DNA from: Marsupella aquatica
Lineage: Eukaryota > Plantae > Marchantiophyta
Assembly (NCBI GenBank): GCA_973895155.1
Contig: OZ316897.1
Coordinates: 15,685,375-15,749,374 of the forward strand
Direction of reading: 5' to 3'
Length of the DNA: 64,000 nucleotides
How positions within the stretch are numbered: the first letter of the stretch is position 1; each line of letters begins with the position of its first letter. The translations under genes and the position numbers were made by a program. The notes under the pieces were generated by a model. It worked only from the letters and a program-made list of their open reading frames with translations, did no database searches and was not told the DNA's origin. Below are positions 1 to 13,279 of this stretch, piece by piece.

Positions 1-27
1 AGTCATCTGAAGGATTGTAAAGTTAAC

Positions 28-3000
28 CTGTTTTCTGACAGATTCTTGCAGAGCCTTTTTAAGTTGTGGCGAAGGTTTGACATCTTCCATCAAAACCACA
101 AACGCGTATATACCCTGTCCTTTTACCTGTAAAACCTCACACGAGATGTAACTTTAAAAACTTGAGATCCGACAAAAATCCCCAAAACGATGTCACCAAG
201 AGAGCATTACAGTGCCAACTTACATCATGATCATAGCCAACAACTGCGGCCTCTGAGCAAGCAGGATTCGAATTTACTGCTGCCTCCACTTCACCCGTGC
301 TTATCCGGTGTCCACTGTTGTCCAAGGGAACTTTTTATCAGAGAATTTTCTACGTTTTCCATTCACAGGACACCCTAGAAATCTAGCAGAATCTGGAAGG
401 CCCACAATCTCATATCTCAGTCCTGCTTGTGATGCTTAAACATAACCCTATAGCAGGGCAAAGACATACGTACCTGACATTCAAGACATCATCTATCCGG
501 CCAGTGATCCAGATATATCCATCAGAATCACGTCGACATCCATCTCCAGTTGTGTATAACCCCCTCCAAGTCTTGAAGTACGTGTTTTCATATCGCTCAT
601 GATTCCCATAGACTGTCCGTGCAATTCCTGGCCATGGGGCTTTTATGCACAAGTTTCCCTCACAAGGACCGTACAGCTCCTCACCTTTTTCATCAAGAAT
701 TACAGGCTACACCACAATTGGGGAGCTGCTTTAGTCTTAGAAATTGGGTTATACGGTTCACCACATTCCCGGCAGGTGAGACTAACTGTTCAAAACTTTT
801 GAGATATATTGCACTTTCGTTGGGCAAAGTCCTATCCAATGGATCAAAGGTATGCCCATTACCTGCACACCAAAAAACGGAAGTGTAGCAGAACCAGGCT
901 TCATCGGCCAGGCCCCTGGTAGTGGGGAGATCATGGTTGCACCAGTTTCAGTCTGCCACCAGGTGTCTATTATGGGACAACGCTTCTCCCCAACGACTTC
1001 GAAATACCAATGCCATGTCTTAGGATTTATTGGTTCCCCAACGGTGCCCAAAAGGCGCAGTGAAGAACGAGAATACTGTTGCAGAACCTGCAACACTAAA
1101 AAAGGTCAGTACCAAAAGACATCAGGACCGGCAGGACATTACAACAGAAAGTACAAAATTGGAGGAGCTTCCGCACATGCAAGTTGGAAAAGCCCAAATA
1201 TATACAGCGTTAAATGGGGAAGCAGAGATTCACTTAGCCTTCTAGGATGGAATCATCACAATTTGAACGGAGTATCTCTGACAAACACACCTTATCACCG
1301 TGGGCTGCCAGAGTGCGTATAGCTGTCGGGGCAGCATAGAGTATGGTCACTCCAAATTTATCGATGATCTCCCACCACCTTCCCGGAGTTGGCCATGTCG
1401 GTATCTGAACAACAACCCCAACTTCAGAATAGGTTCTTTGCAAGACGTTTTAATAACAACTCAGTTAAATCAATTGAACAATGTACGCATAATTTGGTTT
1501 TCAACGTTTGGTGGGGTTTCCAGAAAGTACCCCCTCAAACATCACAATTGTTGCACGATTGAAGAATGGCCCGTAGGCAACGTATGAGTGACCCGTTACC
1601 CAACCACAATCGGCTGTAACCCTGGCAAGAAAGAAAAATATAATTAAAAGACTCGTACAAGCACGAAATTGCAAAGCTTGAACGACCTACATCCTCAGAT
1701 TTTGAATAATATTTGGTGAAGGTTGTGATTGGATAATTTTCTACATTGTAAATACAAAGATATCACCTATGTCAAGAGGAACTGACCAGACAATGTCACT
1801 CGGTTTATGATCAAATACAGTCTTAAAAGTAAATCCAGCATAGACCATGTAGCCCCCAACAGTATGGATCAGCCCCTGTAACACAAAAAGTGCAAGAATT
1901 TCAGAGTCCACTTCGTATCATGGTAGCCCACTTAGCCAACTTGGATCCAAGTTGACATATCAAAGGTAAGTCATGAAGCTCCGCATGAGATTTGAAAGAT
2001 TGTTGACCTTCGGTGTCCCGGTAGAGCCGCTTGTGTACAGCATGAAAAGAGGATCCTCAGCCTCCATCCATTCCACCCGAGCATCTTCAGCAAATCGGGG
2101 AATGGTATCCTGAGGACACAACCGGTATAACAAGGTTATCCTCGACTCTAACTGTAGGATACATTCACAGTTCTACCCCCAAAAGGCATATCACTCCCTC
2201 TTAAACTGGGTTCTGCACAAAACTGCTCTCCCCACGCTAACATGGAGCGAATGGGCACCCATCAAATATGTATCACTGCGCCTGGATGACTATGACAGGA
2301 CCAAACTAGTGATGTTCTACGTTATAGTAGTTTAAGGCCAGACTCAAGCTTGCTTCACTATAATCCTCCCCAAATTAGATCCGTCCATCAGGTAAACCCT
2401 GTGATTACCCTTAACAGAAGGCTATGTATTCAGAGCCAGAATACCTGCCACCAGATATCACGCTGAGGATTCCAAACGATCTTTTCGCGAGGTACTGCAA
2501 TGCTATTATCATATACAAGACAAGTATCTGCAGTCGGTCCAACATCCTCTTCCATGAGAATCAATGGGCAACGTCATGAAGCCAATACCTGCCTGCTCAC
2601 AAATTTCTCCTGGGGCTAAGGCATCATTGCAGCTACATGAACATGATCTAAAACATTATTGAAGAATATGAAGTGCAAGCTTTAGAAAGCTAAATCGGCG
2701 AAATGTAGCAAAGGTGATACCAACGCAAAAATTGCCGTCTCTCAGACAGATCTCCATGGCATGGTCAGCAATCTCCTTCAGAGGTAAGACCTTATCTCCT
2801 CTTCGGCCTGCTGAGCAGGTGAGCAGAACTGAGGATTTGCATGCCAGAATGCGAGCTGCCAGTGACTCTGCGCTGAAGCCTCCAAATACCACCTGGCTAC
2901 ACAGCAAAACAATGTCAACACCGATCCCGGCAAGCCACAATTAGATTCAGCATTGAAGAAAAAGGACTTCAAATCTGTACTGAGAAATTACTTTTAATGA

Positions 3001-5006
3001 AGATCACGCACGAAAGACGTACCGAGTGGACCGCGCCGATGCGTGCACAGGCAAGCATCGCAATCGGAAGCTCTGGAATCATGGACATGTAGATGCAAAC
3101 TCGATCTCCTTTCTTGACGCCTCTTGATCTCAAGAAGTTGGCAATCTGAAGCAGATCCATAAAAGTTAAGGACCTAGCACAACCATGCACGTATACTGTT
3201 TTCACAGAACTGCATAATTTCTTTGCAAAAAACTTGATCAGCAGATAAACCAATTCATAGCTTTATCACTTGCTACACCGCATATGCAGGAACAACAACA
3301 GGATGTAGGAATCCAGGGATATTCTTCTTTGAAAATTCATGGTAAACAACATACACTATAAAAAAATTCAACCGAGGTAAGAAAACAGAGCCCTTCATTT
3401 CAAATGAATTTTGAAGTTCTCGAGCATCACAGAACATTTGGGAATTGACCAACCACCTCAATTGTCTGAGAGAGGAGATGAACAGCGAAGAGTCTAGGAG
3501 GATGTAAACCTGGCAGGCTTTCTTCAACACATCCGAGTAAGTAAGGAAGCTGTTCTGGCCCGGATCGTTGCCCTCCCACAGAATGGCCATTTGATGCCCA
3601 TATCCAGCGACGACGTGCCGATCCAATGCGTTGTAGCAGGCATTCGTGTTTCCACCTCGAAACCACTGCAGAAAATCGTCCAGAGGTGCTTAGCAAACAG
3701 CCCAATTGAGACCAACGAGAAGTCATCTGCACAGAGTGATACAAATTTCTGTGGAGAATTGAAACCTTTAAACCTGTACCGTACCCAGAATCCAGGAGGG
3801 GCTGCTACAGTATTATAATGCCTCTGAACCTTTTCTACAAGCCGTGCAAGGGCATGTGCCTGGATGATTAGAGTCACCCCATAAGAGGCCAAAATGAAAT
3901 CGAGCTATGTAAGGACAGCGGTTTCGCATAATTATAAGAGGAATATGCACACCGATGAATAAACTAGGAATAAAAAGTCCATCGAAAGGTACACCGAGAC
4001 ACAGCGTCGCAGCAGGAAAGGCCATATAGTAGTCCAAAATGAGCGCCCAGCAGCCATTTTAATTCCTTTGTCTCCATGTGAAAAAGGAGCGTATCCGAGT
4101 TCCTGGACGCTTGCAGGGTGTCCTATTGATATGATCTATGAGGAAATCAGTTTTGCTAATGACGCGTGTGTTACCTCGACGAAAATTCGCCCTTTCTCAT
4201 GATCGAAATTGTAATTGCAAACGGGTTTGTCCAAATCCCATGGCCGTTGCCAGTAGTATTCTGAGGCGACCTTGCTCCAAAACCTGTTAGGATCTTCAAT
4301 AGACTGCCTATACAGCTCTTCATACTGCAAAACGCCCGAGCAGATTTGCCAAATCAGTCAGACTTCGATTCCACTCCTTCCGTCATGAATCAAAGTGCCA
4401 AAATTTATCTACCACGTCAGAAGTTGAAAATATCTCCTCGACCCAAAAATCGCTTCCTAGCATGTGTGAGAAATTTGCCAATTATGTGAGAGAAGAAGAA
4501 CAAGGAGCTCGTAGAAATGGTTTCCAAGCATGAATCTATTGATTGTCCGCGTGAAACAACCCAATTGGGCCATGGGACCTTAGAATGAGCAAAGATTACT
4601 CAGCATCCAGGATGGCAAGGCAGGACAGGATGTCAGCAAAAAGGAGATTCAGCTGGCCAAGAAGATCGAACTCCCTCATCTGAGCTATGGTGATGAACTG
4701 ATTTCCGATCTAACGGATTTCAGCTCGGAGAAGGAGAAGAGGAGTCCATAAAAGTAGTGAGTGAACCTCTGCTCGCGACGAAATGAAGGCCTTTCTGGCG
4801 AACTCGCCCGGCACAAACACCACGTCTTGTTGACCATCATCACTGTTTTTTGGACCTTGTTGGAAACACGTGGAGCGGCTCACGATGGCATCTGAAATTC
4901 TGTCCTGTGTGGCAGTCGCTGTCCTTCCTCCTCCTCTCGTCGGGTCCAGAAGGTGCTCCAACACATGCCGCAACCTCCTCTCGGCTATGGCCATTCCGGG
5001 ATCCAT
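28..5006 (-). CDS. ACS: Acetyl-CoA synthetase (AMP-forming), multi-exon, 3' end beyond window start
   Basis: GT-AG exons read by eye: 5006-4767, 4324-4175, 3665-3510, 3145-3023, 2892-2721, 2527-2445, 2109-2008, 1875-1787, 1621-1531, 1404-1291, 1087-863, 706-474, 314-224, 126-28. Motifs: [26 protein letters not shown] (AMP-binding), [44 protein letters not shown]. Confidence 0.95.
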
Positions 5007-6161
5007 TGTAACTCTATCGCTGTTGCTCCCAAATTACCGAGGCATCGCTTGTGTCGACCAATTCAGAGCAGTGCAGCTCGTACTTTGGAGCAGAGGCAAA
5101 CCCGGCAGCACCCCTTTTCGCGCGTCCCACAAATCTGACTCCTCGTTCAAAATCCCTCTGTTTTTGGGTTTCTTGACGACACTTTCGTTGCATATACGCT
5201 GATGACTCGAATTCTGTTCAAGTGGAAACGTTTCCCTTCTACAAACACTTTATATTGGAATCATCTAAAACTCTGTAGCCATTTCTTTGAATCTATGCCA
5301 GCTCCAACGTTTCCCCTCCACAAACAGCCCATATGCTGGAATCCGTAACGCCCACACTTTTCCCACAATTCAATTCCCCTCAGTGCAGCTCCACATATTT
5401 TCCTCTTTTCAGGAATTGCTTAAAATTTTCATTGGATGCAGAACAATGGCAACACCACCAAAAAACTACAGAAGTCAACAGGTGTTTCCAGGTGCTTTCT
5501 GTATAAACTTCTTTAGTAGAGCGACGATTCTATTCTCTCACTCCAAAAACTCCAAACCTAGACCCTCTATTAACAGCACTGCTTATGGGAATTTTCTCAA
5601 ATTCCTCACTTTGGCCAGAGGAGTGAATTGAATTGGATTTACTGCTCCGGATGACCACAAATAGACACATGCAGAAGACGAAGAACGGTTATCCAGCGAA
5701 AGACAAAATCGATCCACAAAGCTGACTGTGTGTCTGTCGATCACCCACTCACTCACACAACACCCAAGACCGACAAGAAGCTGCTTATCCGGAGGTGCAA
5801 CAAAACAGCAAAGCACACACACATTGAGTCAGTATGTCCGATCCCTCCCCATAACTGTCTGCTGGTCACACATCAGGCAATCCAATCCTCTCGTCCAACA
5901 AAATGGAATCTGTGACTGTCAGTATCCCCACCATTGACCCACACGAACGAAAACAAGAGCCACAAGAATAACGAAGAAAAAGCACTGATCCCGTGCTTTA
6001 CAAGTAAAGTGAGTTCGATCCGAAGAATCCGATCCGCCCATATCCAATTCTGGTCGCTGGGATTAGAGAGCGGAGAGCCGAGCCAAGGAGCTACCAGAAC
6101 ATGATCCTACGTTCATTGAATTCTGCCAAATCCCGACTCAACTTCAAGAGAAAGCAGAATC

Positions 6162-6238
6162 GGGAAAATCGGGTAAGGCAAACATACATGAATGTGGAAA
6201 ATCGGGTAAGGCAAACATACATGAATGTGGAAAATCGA
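6162..6238. repeat. 33-bp tandem duplication
   Basis: GGAAAATCGGGTAAGGCAAACATACATGAATGT twice, plus a partial third copy. Confidence 0.85.
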
Positions 6239-7076
6239 GGCAGGCCAGAATGAGGAAAGGAACAAAGGAGTGGGGCTTTGAGAGAGTTGACTGCGCTCAA
6301 AGAGTCAGTCCAATAAAGAATCCATGGTCAGCCCATCATTCTCCTGCACTCCTTCAGCAGATATAACAAGACAGAGATTGAAATCCTGCATTCCTGCGAT
6401 CCTTCCCACGAATCCCACTCCTAAATTAGAGTCTATGGAGGGAGGTGCCACTGTTGCTACTGCAGTGGCCATGCACTTTACGGCAGTGGCAGAAGTGGTC
6501 CGAATCGAAGCCCCGTCCAAATCAAGGTTGTGTTTTTTTTCCTTCTTCTTTTCTTTTGCCCGTGAAGCACCACTGTCCATACCTCCATGCCTGGATTCAC
6601 CATTATTCACGGAGTTGTGATTTCACTCTTTATAAAAATACTAGTCCAGCCCAATGCCTCTGCCTTGCACAAAAATGTGAAAAAAGATATGGAGAAGAGG
6701 GGGAAAGAAAAATGTTTAGGTGAAAAAATAAAATAAAATATGAGGAAGAGAAAAGAAAATGTCAAAGTTAGTAAAAAATGTTGAGATGAAAAAAGATATC
6801 AAAAAAAATTATTATACCAAAAACAAGTGGCAGTCTATAAAATCCTAGTTACTTAAAGAATGCTCCCATGGACCCAGCTAGTGAACCATGCATGGATCCA
6901 CATGTTTTGCCATTATTTTATTAACGGTTTTTCCTGAGATGTGGTGTCACCACTTATAGAGCATGATGCTCATGTGGGTCTGTTGAGGGCAAGCTCGGTA
7001 TAGCATGCCTCAGACGAGCCTGAATACTCATTCTTCGAATATTATTAGTAGCAATGATTCATTTTGACATACATAT

Positions 7077-8272
7077 ATCAAGAAAAACACATACTTTTTA
7101 CAGAAAAGGGCCAAATAGAGTACAAAAGAATAAACAAGAGAGGTCCCAAGTGGACAAAACCAAACGCAAAAGAAGTGAGCAAAAACAAACCCCTAAACAC
7201 CAAGAAAGAGGAACTAAAACTACCGCAAATGGATCGAGGTCCTCATCATTCCTAGCAAATGTGGCAAAAAGCTAATGGTCTACATCAAGTGTCGAAACTA
7301 AATCGGCAAGTGGGATTGGAATGTCCTCTAGGGGGGCTAGCCGCTGTGGAGTCACACTAGCACCCACTGTCAGAGATCGACGATAGATGGCCCGAGCTTG
7401 AGCACGTTGTAAGGTGATTGAAATGCGTTGGCGAAAGTGCGTGGTCCAAACAGATAGTGGGGGTCCAGTGGGACCCATCCGGCTGTGAACATCCCGAGCA
7501 GCTTGGCGAAGAAGCCCGTCGAACTGATGATGGAGACGCCCAAATATCTCAAGAGCAAGGGGTAGGAAGCTATCAGATGAAGCTCATGCAACATATTTGG
7601 CCTCCTTCGTTGTTGCTGCTTGTGATGCTGCTGCCCCTGCCGTTGTTGCCGCTGTCCCAATGATGTCTTGGCGCAATGGGTTTGCCACCACTACATCTGC
7701 CAAAGTACGGTGACCCTCACAGACCATGGTAAGATCCACCCGTAATCGCTGTGATGGAGGACGAGGTAACTCGAGCACCACCTCCCGCCGTGCGCAGACC
7801 AAAGAGCCAGAAAGAACTTGAGCAGTGGCATCTCTCACAACATCATGAACAAAAATGGTTTCGCCGCCCAAACTGCACCGAAGAAGATGGACACCTATGG
7901 CATCACCAGGCTTCCCACAAGTGCAAGTAGGAGGTAAACAAGCAAGAAGTGGGTGGGGCAAACTCATACGAAGATGCATGGCTGTCGCAAACTCCACTGA
8001 AGACATCTGTAGGTGAGGAATGACTGGATTGGCCTGAAGCCAGCCTCCAGAAGAAAGAATCCGAGCTCGGTCCATGTCAGGTGTCTCGTTGAGGATGCTG
8101 GAGAGGGTGAAAGTGTGCATACGCCCAGCAAGGTCTGCCTGAAGACGGACGGGGTCCAAGGATAAAAACTCCTGAAATGAAGGTAACACAGCTCGAATAG
8201 GATCTGGTAATGATGACCGCGCCTTGTTTCCCATCCTTGTTTCCATCTAAAATTCTGGTCTTCTTATATGAA
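7077..8272 (-). mobile_element. 5'-truncated non-LTR retrotransposon with restriction-like endonuclease (CRE-like clade)
   Basis: Frame 8246-7272 has one in-frame stop at 7586-7584. It encodes CTCG..HLLRC..VHD (CCHC knuckle), RVDL..LADVVVANP..KEAKY..LEIFG..FRQRISITLQR (RLE domain). Flanked by a 31-bp direct repeat (7046-7076 and 8273-8303, 2 mismatches). Confidence 0.75.
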
Positions 8273-9947
8273 TAGTAGCAATGATTCATTTTGGCCTACA
8301 TATGTAGCATCTTGTTTCCATCTAAATTTTTGGTGGGGCCCTAGATCTTGTTTCCATCTAAAGTTTTTGGTGGGGCCCTAGAGGCACGGTCTAGAGGGTT
8401 ACTCTATGAGGTTACACACCATCTCTAGCTTCTAGAAATCTAACTCTAGCAACTGTTTGCACTTTACTAGTAAGATGGTCACTGATCACGTGATGGATTG
8501 GGGGAGTCTGTGAGTCTACCTTAGGTCTTGGAAAGCTCCCCTTTACACAGTGCTCTCGGTGGCTTCCTCGTTGGTGGACCTGGACGTGCTCTATCGTTAG
8601 CACAAGAAGTCAAGTCAATTCACCCACATCCCCTGATTACCTGGTTCTTTCCACTCCAGAACGAAAGAATTTTGTTGCTCTGCCGATCTAGACCTGCTGT
8701 TTGGCCCTTGGGTGGAGACAGGGCTGTTGACTGTGGGCGACCAAGTCCACAGATGTGCAACCGATTGTCTTCGACTGAATCTCCTCTCTTCTCTAGATGG
8801 AGATGAATTTGCAATTGGTGTCAATTTTTTAGTTCTAGATTTGCTCGCTTAGCAGAATGATGCCCTGGGGGAAGGGTTTAGGGTACTAGTGAATCCGTGC
8901 TTTTGATACTCTTCACATGAGGGATGAATGGAGAACGGTGAGGGATGAATGGAGAACGAAAGCGGGAACAGGTCGATCAAGGCTTACAACCCATAGAAAC
9001 ATTTGCGATAGAGATCCTGGATTAGTTGACCCAAGTTCTCCTCATGATTTTGCAGCCCTTGCAGCCCAATCCCCTCTGAAGCGGATGACTGGCCTTGGTC
9101 TGAAGGAAGCACTCCCTCATCATTTGGTAGTATCTTTTGGACGTCCGGGAATCTCTTGTCCGCAATGATCGTTTAGGTCATATTGTGGGTGGAGCAACCC
9201 CTGAATTGTCGTTTCAAATGTATCGGTGTAAGGAATTGGCAGCGATCTCCGATGTGGCCCTTTCATTGTGGAGCAAACTCTTAATTTCTTCAGATGTGAA
9301 AATTAGGAATTTTATCAAGGAAGCAGGTGGGTAACATCTTCAGAGCGATCTGGCATGTTCAATTCAATTGCAGATCTAATCCCTATACTTTCCCGTAATA
9401 AACTCTAGTGAAGTATACCAATACCTTGCAGAAGTAGGTGTGTTGCTGCATGAGACCGATCTTCCGTAATCTCCTTTCAATTGCAGAGGAAATCCTCTCC
9501 CTTGCCTAGTGTCAACTCTCTGAGCGCAAATGTGCTCATTCTGAATCGGCTTTAGCTCCTGTCGTTTGCAAAGCCACCGATCTAACCAACGAAGTATGAG
9601 GATCGTAGAAGAGTCGCTAGTTTCATAGGAGAAAAATCACTTGGAAAGGAATCCAATTCTGCAGAGCCAAGACTCGCCCTGGCCCGCTAACCAGCTTCTG
9701 CTGCCAGAAGTTCCTCGAGAGAATTCACTTTGGGAAACCTAGCTACGTAGGGTAGTGTCTTGAAGGAATGGCATGCCTTTTGAACACCCTTAGAGTGTGA
9801 GCTCTCTGGTATTTTGGGCTTTAGCCGGGGACAATTTTGATTTTTGAAAACCGTTGTGAAAGGTTTTCGAGAGGTGTGACAGGAAAGAGCAGTTTGGGGT
9901 TACTTGTACGAGTTTACTCTTCACGTTTTTGGGAGTCATTGATCATT

Positions 9948-11525
9948 ATGGGGACGGTGGATTTGGATAAAATTGGTCCTGCTATAGGAATTGACTTGGG
10001 AACTGCATACTCTTGTGTTGGGGTATGGCAAAATAATTGGGTAGAGATTGTAGCCAACGAAGAAGGAAACAGGAAGACGGCATCATGGGTTGCCTTCAGG
10101 GATGCAGAGTTCCTGGTTGGTGATGCCGCTCTAAATCAGGCGGCCATGAATTCCCCCAACACCGTCCTTGACATCAGGCGGCTGATCGGCAGACGTTTCT
10201 CAGATGCTTCAGTGCAGAGAGACAGGAAGTTGTGGCCATTCTCGGTGAGTCCAGGACCAAGAGACCAGCCCTTGATCACAGTCCGTTACCAAGGAGAAGA
10301 CAGGCAATTTGCAGCTGAGCAGGTCTGTTCTATGCTCATGGCGAGAATGAAACAGGTTGCTGAAGTCTTTTTAAAATGCAGGGTAACGAACTGTGTGATC
10401 ACAGTCCCCGGAAACTTTAACATGTCCCAGAGGCAAGCAACAGTTCATGCAGCTGGAATCGCTGGTCTGAGTAGTATACGAATCGTAAACGAGCCCACTG
10501 CTGCTGCATTAGCTTACGCCCTCCACAGGGAGTCAGTGATGGGTGGGGAAGAGAAATTGATTATGATTTATGATCTTGGAGGTGGAACCTTGAGTGTGTC
10601 CGTCGTGTACATCCATGAATGTTACTTTGAAGTGAAAGCAACTGCTGGAGATTCTCACTTGGGAGGAGGGGACTTCGACAGGCGGATGGTGGATCACTTT
10701 GTCAAGGAGTTCTTGTGGAAGCATGAGAAAGACATAAGTGGCAATACTCGAGCCATGCGAAAATTGGAGTTAGCATGTGAGAGGGCCAAGAGGAATCTGT
10801 CCGTATCCACCAAAGCCGCAATTGAGATTGACGGTCTTTTTGAGGGAATTGATTTTTATTCGAGTGTCACTCGTTCTCAGTTTGAGGTGCTTAACATGGA
10901 CCTCTTCGAAAGATGTATGGAGCCTGTTGGCCAGTGTCTCCAAGACGTCAACAAATCTAGGAATTTGATTCATGATGTTGTGCTGGTCGGTGGATCTACT
11001 CGAATTCCCAAGCTGCAGCAGATGTTGCGTGACTATTTTCATGGGAAGAAGTTGTGCACAAGTGTGAATCCTGACGAGGCTGTGGCCTTTGGTGCTGCTG
11101 TGTATGCTGCTATTTTTGACCCGTCCAACACCAGTGAGAAGCTTCAGATCATCTTGCCCCTAGATGTAACTCCCATGTCCATTGGGGTCGAAGCTGCAGG
11201 AGGACTATTGAGTGTGGTTATTCCCAGAAATTCTGTGCTCCCAGCGTCCAACAAAATGGAGTTTTGGACGTACCCCGACCAAAGAACCCGTGTAATTCTT
11301 CGCATTTACGAGGGCGAGAGTCCACGAGCTAGGGACAACAATCTGCTCGCAGTGTATGAGATCTCTGGTCTCCCTATAGCCCCTGAGGATGGCTTGCACA
11401 TAGCTGTTGACATTGAGGTTGATGTCAATGGGGTTCTTGCCGTCATTGCAGAGGGGAAAAGCCGGGAAAGGTATCAATGCACTAGAAGAAGTCCATCTAC
11501 GCCTCTTCATTGCATTTCCAAATGA
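9948..11525 (+). CDS. HSP70: Divergent cytosolic-type HSP70, intronless, lacking the alpha-helical lid and EEVD (copy 1, ~525 aa)
   Basis: IGIDLGTAYS, IVNEPTAAALAY, DLGGGTL, GDSHLGGGDFD, VLVGGSTRIPK, NPDEAVAFGAA, SBD-beta; ends ..PSTPLHCISK*. ATG at 9948 (the provided ORF starts upstream at a non-ATG codon). Confidence 0.9.
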   Translation: MGTVDLDKIGPAIGIDLGTAYSCVGVWQNNWVEIVANEEGNRKTASWVAFRDAEFLVGDAALNQAAMNSPNTVLDIRRLIGRRFSDASVQRDRKLWPFSVSPGPRDQPLITVRYQGEDRQFAAEQVCSMLMARMKQVAEVFLKCRVTNCVITVPGNFNMSQRQATVHAAGIAGLSSIRIVNEPTAAALAYALHRESVMGGEEKLIMIYDLGGGTLSVSVVYIHECYFEVKATAGDSHLGGGDFDRRMVDHFVKEFLWKHEKDISGNTRAMRKLELACERAKRNLSVSTKAAIEIDGLFEGIDFYSSVTRSQFEVLNMDLFERCMEPVGQCLQDVNKSRNLIHDVVLVGGSTRIPKLQQMLRDYFHGKKLCTSVNPDEAVAFGAAVYAAIFDPSNTSEKLQIILPLDVTPMSIGVEAAGGLLSVVIPRNSVLPASNKMEFWTYPDQRTRVILRIYEGESPRARDNNLLAVYEISGLPIAPEDGLHIAVDIEVDVNGVLAVIAEGKSRERYQCTRRSPSTPLHCISK

Positions 11526-13279
11526 TTGACACCTTTCAACTCGCTGTTTCTGCGGTGTTTCGGGGTCCCCATGAGGATGATGATCATTTCAAGGAGTTCC
11601 CGAGCATGTGGTCTCTGAGCCAAACAGTGGTTATGGGCTCTTCTAGCCTCGAGATCTGCATGTACTCTTTGGGGAATCGCAGATTGGCTACAATTCCTCA
11701 TCACCCTTCCACAAGCATGTAAAACACGGCTTGCAACAATGAAACCAGAGGTGCTTCACTGATATTCATCTGGGACAACCGATCCCCCTTGTGTGAATGG
11801 CAAGATACTTCATGAGAGCACACAGGACTCTCGAAAGACTGCTAGTGTGGCTGTAATTATCTTTCTGCTAACAAGTAAGTATGGTTTAACGGTTGGGAGG
11901 TACAAGGGAACTTTGCAGGTATCACAACTGTCTACTTATATCAATCCATTTGATTCTTCCGAATCACAAGACACCAGTGCCTACGAAACCTTTCGGTAAG
12001 GAAAGCAATAGAGGAACTGCGAAAAGGTAAGCTATTTGGTATATATTGCTTTTGCATGATCTCCCTATTAGCCCACGCCGTCTGGGCGCTACAAGCTAGC
12101 TTACTGCATCTGATTTCACTACTCCATTGACATTTGCATACAAAGACTATTGGTGGCTGGCTGCCTTTTCTCTTTCACCCCTTGAGAGAATGTGCCAGGA
12201 TTGCCCAGAATGTGAAGTTTTGCAGTGCTGCAAGCAGTGCTGCAATTAAGAGAGATCGAAAGCAAGAGCAGGTATTTTAAGGTTATCAGGTTGTGCTGAT
12301 TTTTAGCCTTGATAGCCTTTCAGTCTTCAGATCTGTTAGGGATCGAGAATCACACATACCATTATTCTGTTTTAGGATTTGGTGGGGACACCACTCGGAT
12401 TTTCATTTAGAAGGAGGTACTCTTGGAGCAGCAGTTGTCCCTTTTTATGGATGATCCTGTATCATGGTCACACTATGCTCTTCAGATTTGGTTCTGAACT
12501 TTAACTTCTGTGTGCACAATACGAGTTACCTTCTCCTGGTGAAGTCCTAGCAGCTTTCTCACAAGCTCCTGCATTTCTACATTGGATCAACATCCGTTCA
12601 TGTACATTTTCTTTCCCACTGAAACCCGAACTCGCAATCTAAGCATCCGGAGCATTCCAGGTTGAGAAGCTACTGTATCCCCAATGCAAATCCCGTCTAC
12701 ACCTCGCATCATTCAACGGAGACGCAAAGTGTTTGGTATTCCAAAATGTTCACAGGCAGAAGGTGCGGGCATATAATCGTTGAGGAGCAACCTTACCATC
12801 TTTGGACCGAACGATAAGAATAAAGATTGGGAGACAATTACACTGCCGTAACCCCCTCCTGTGCCAGGCCTGATGGCCAAAACTCAGGAGTTACAAGGGC
12901 AAGGGCTGGAAAGCTTCTGGCCCTGTAAGTCCCGACCTCAAAGTTCAGCATAGCATTAAACTCACAGTGGGACACACATAGTGGTAAAAGCCTGCGAACT
13001 CCAGCTTTGGAACTCAACATCTGTGTGATCCTCTTGTGATGCGAGATCTGCTTTTTGCCTCATCTTTCGCTGTAGCTATGGGCTGCATTTCTTTGGACCC
13101 CCACACAGGAGTTGGCTCTTATGGTTACCAGTTTAGCCTGGGATCAGAGTGTTTTATCGTGTCTGCCGTGCTCTCCATTAAGTTACAACTCTATTGAGTG
13201 TCCTCCCTTTCTCCCTTTATGATAGTGTCTCCTGGTGTGATGCTCCGGGTTCTTTGGCAGTGTGATATCTTGGTCCTTT

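Noticed and set aside
6305-6723. Short ORFs on both strands
   Set aside because: Low complexity, no recognisable domain or splice context.
8400-9800. Possible degenerate coding or TE sequence
   Set aside because: Fragmented frames with no motif I can recognise.
9837-9947. N-terminal extension of HSP70 copy 1 in the ORF track
   Set aside because: Non-ATG start; homology with copy 2 begins at ATG 9948.
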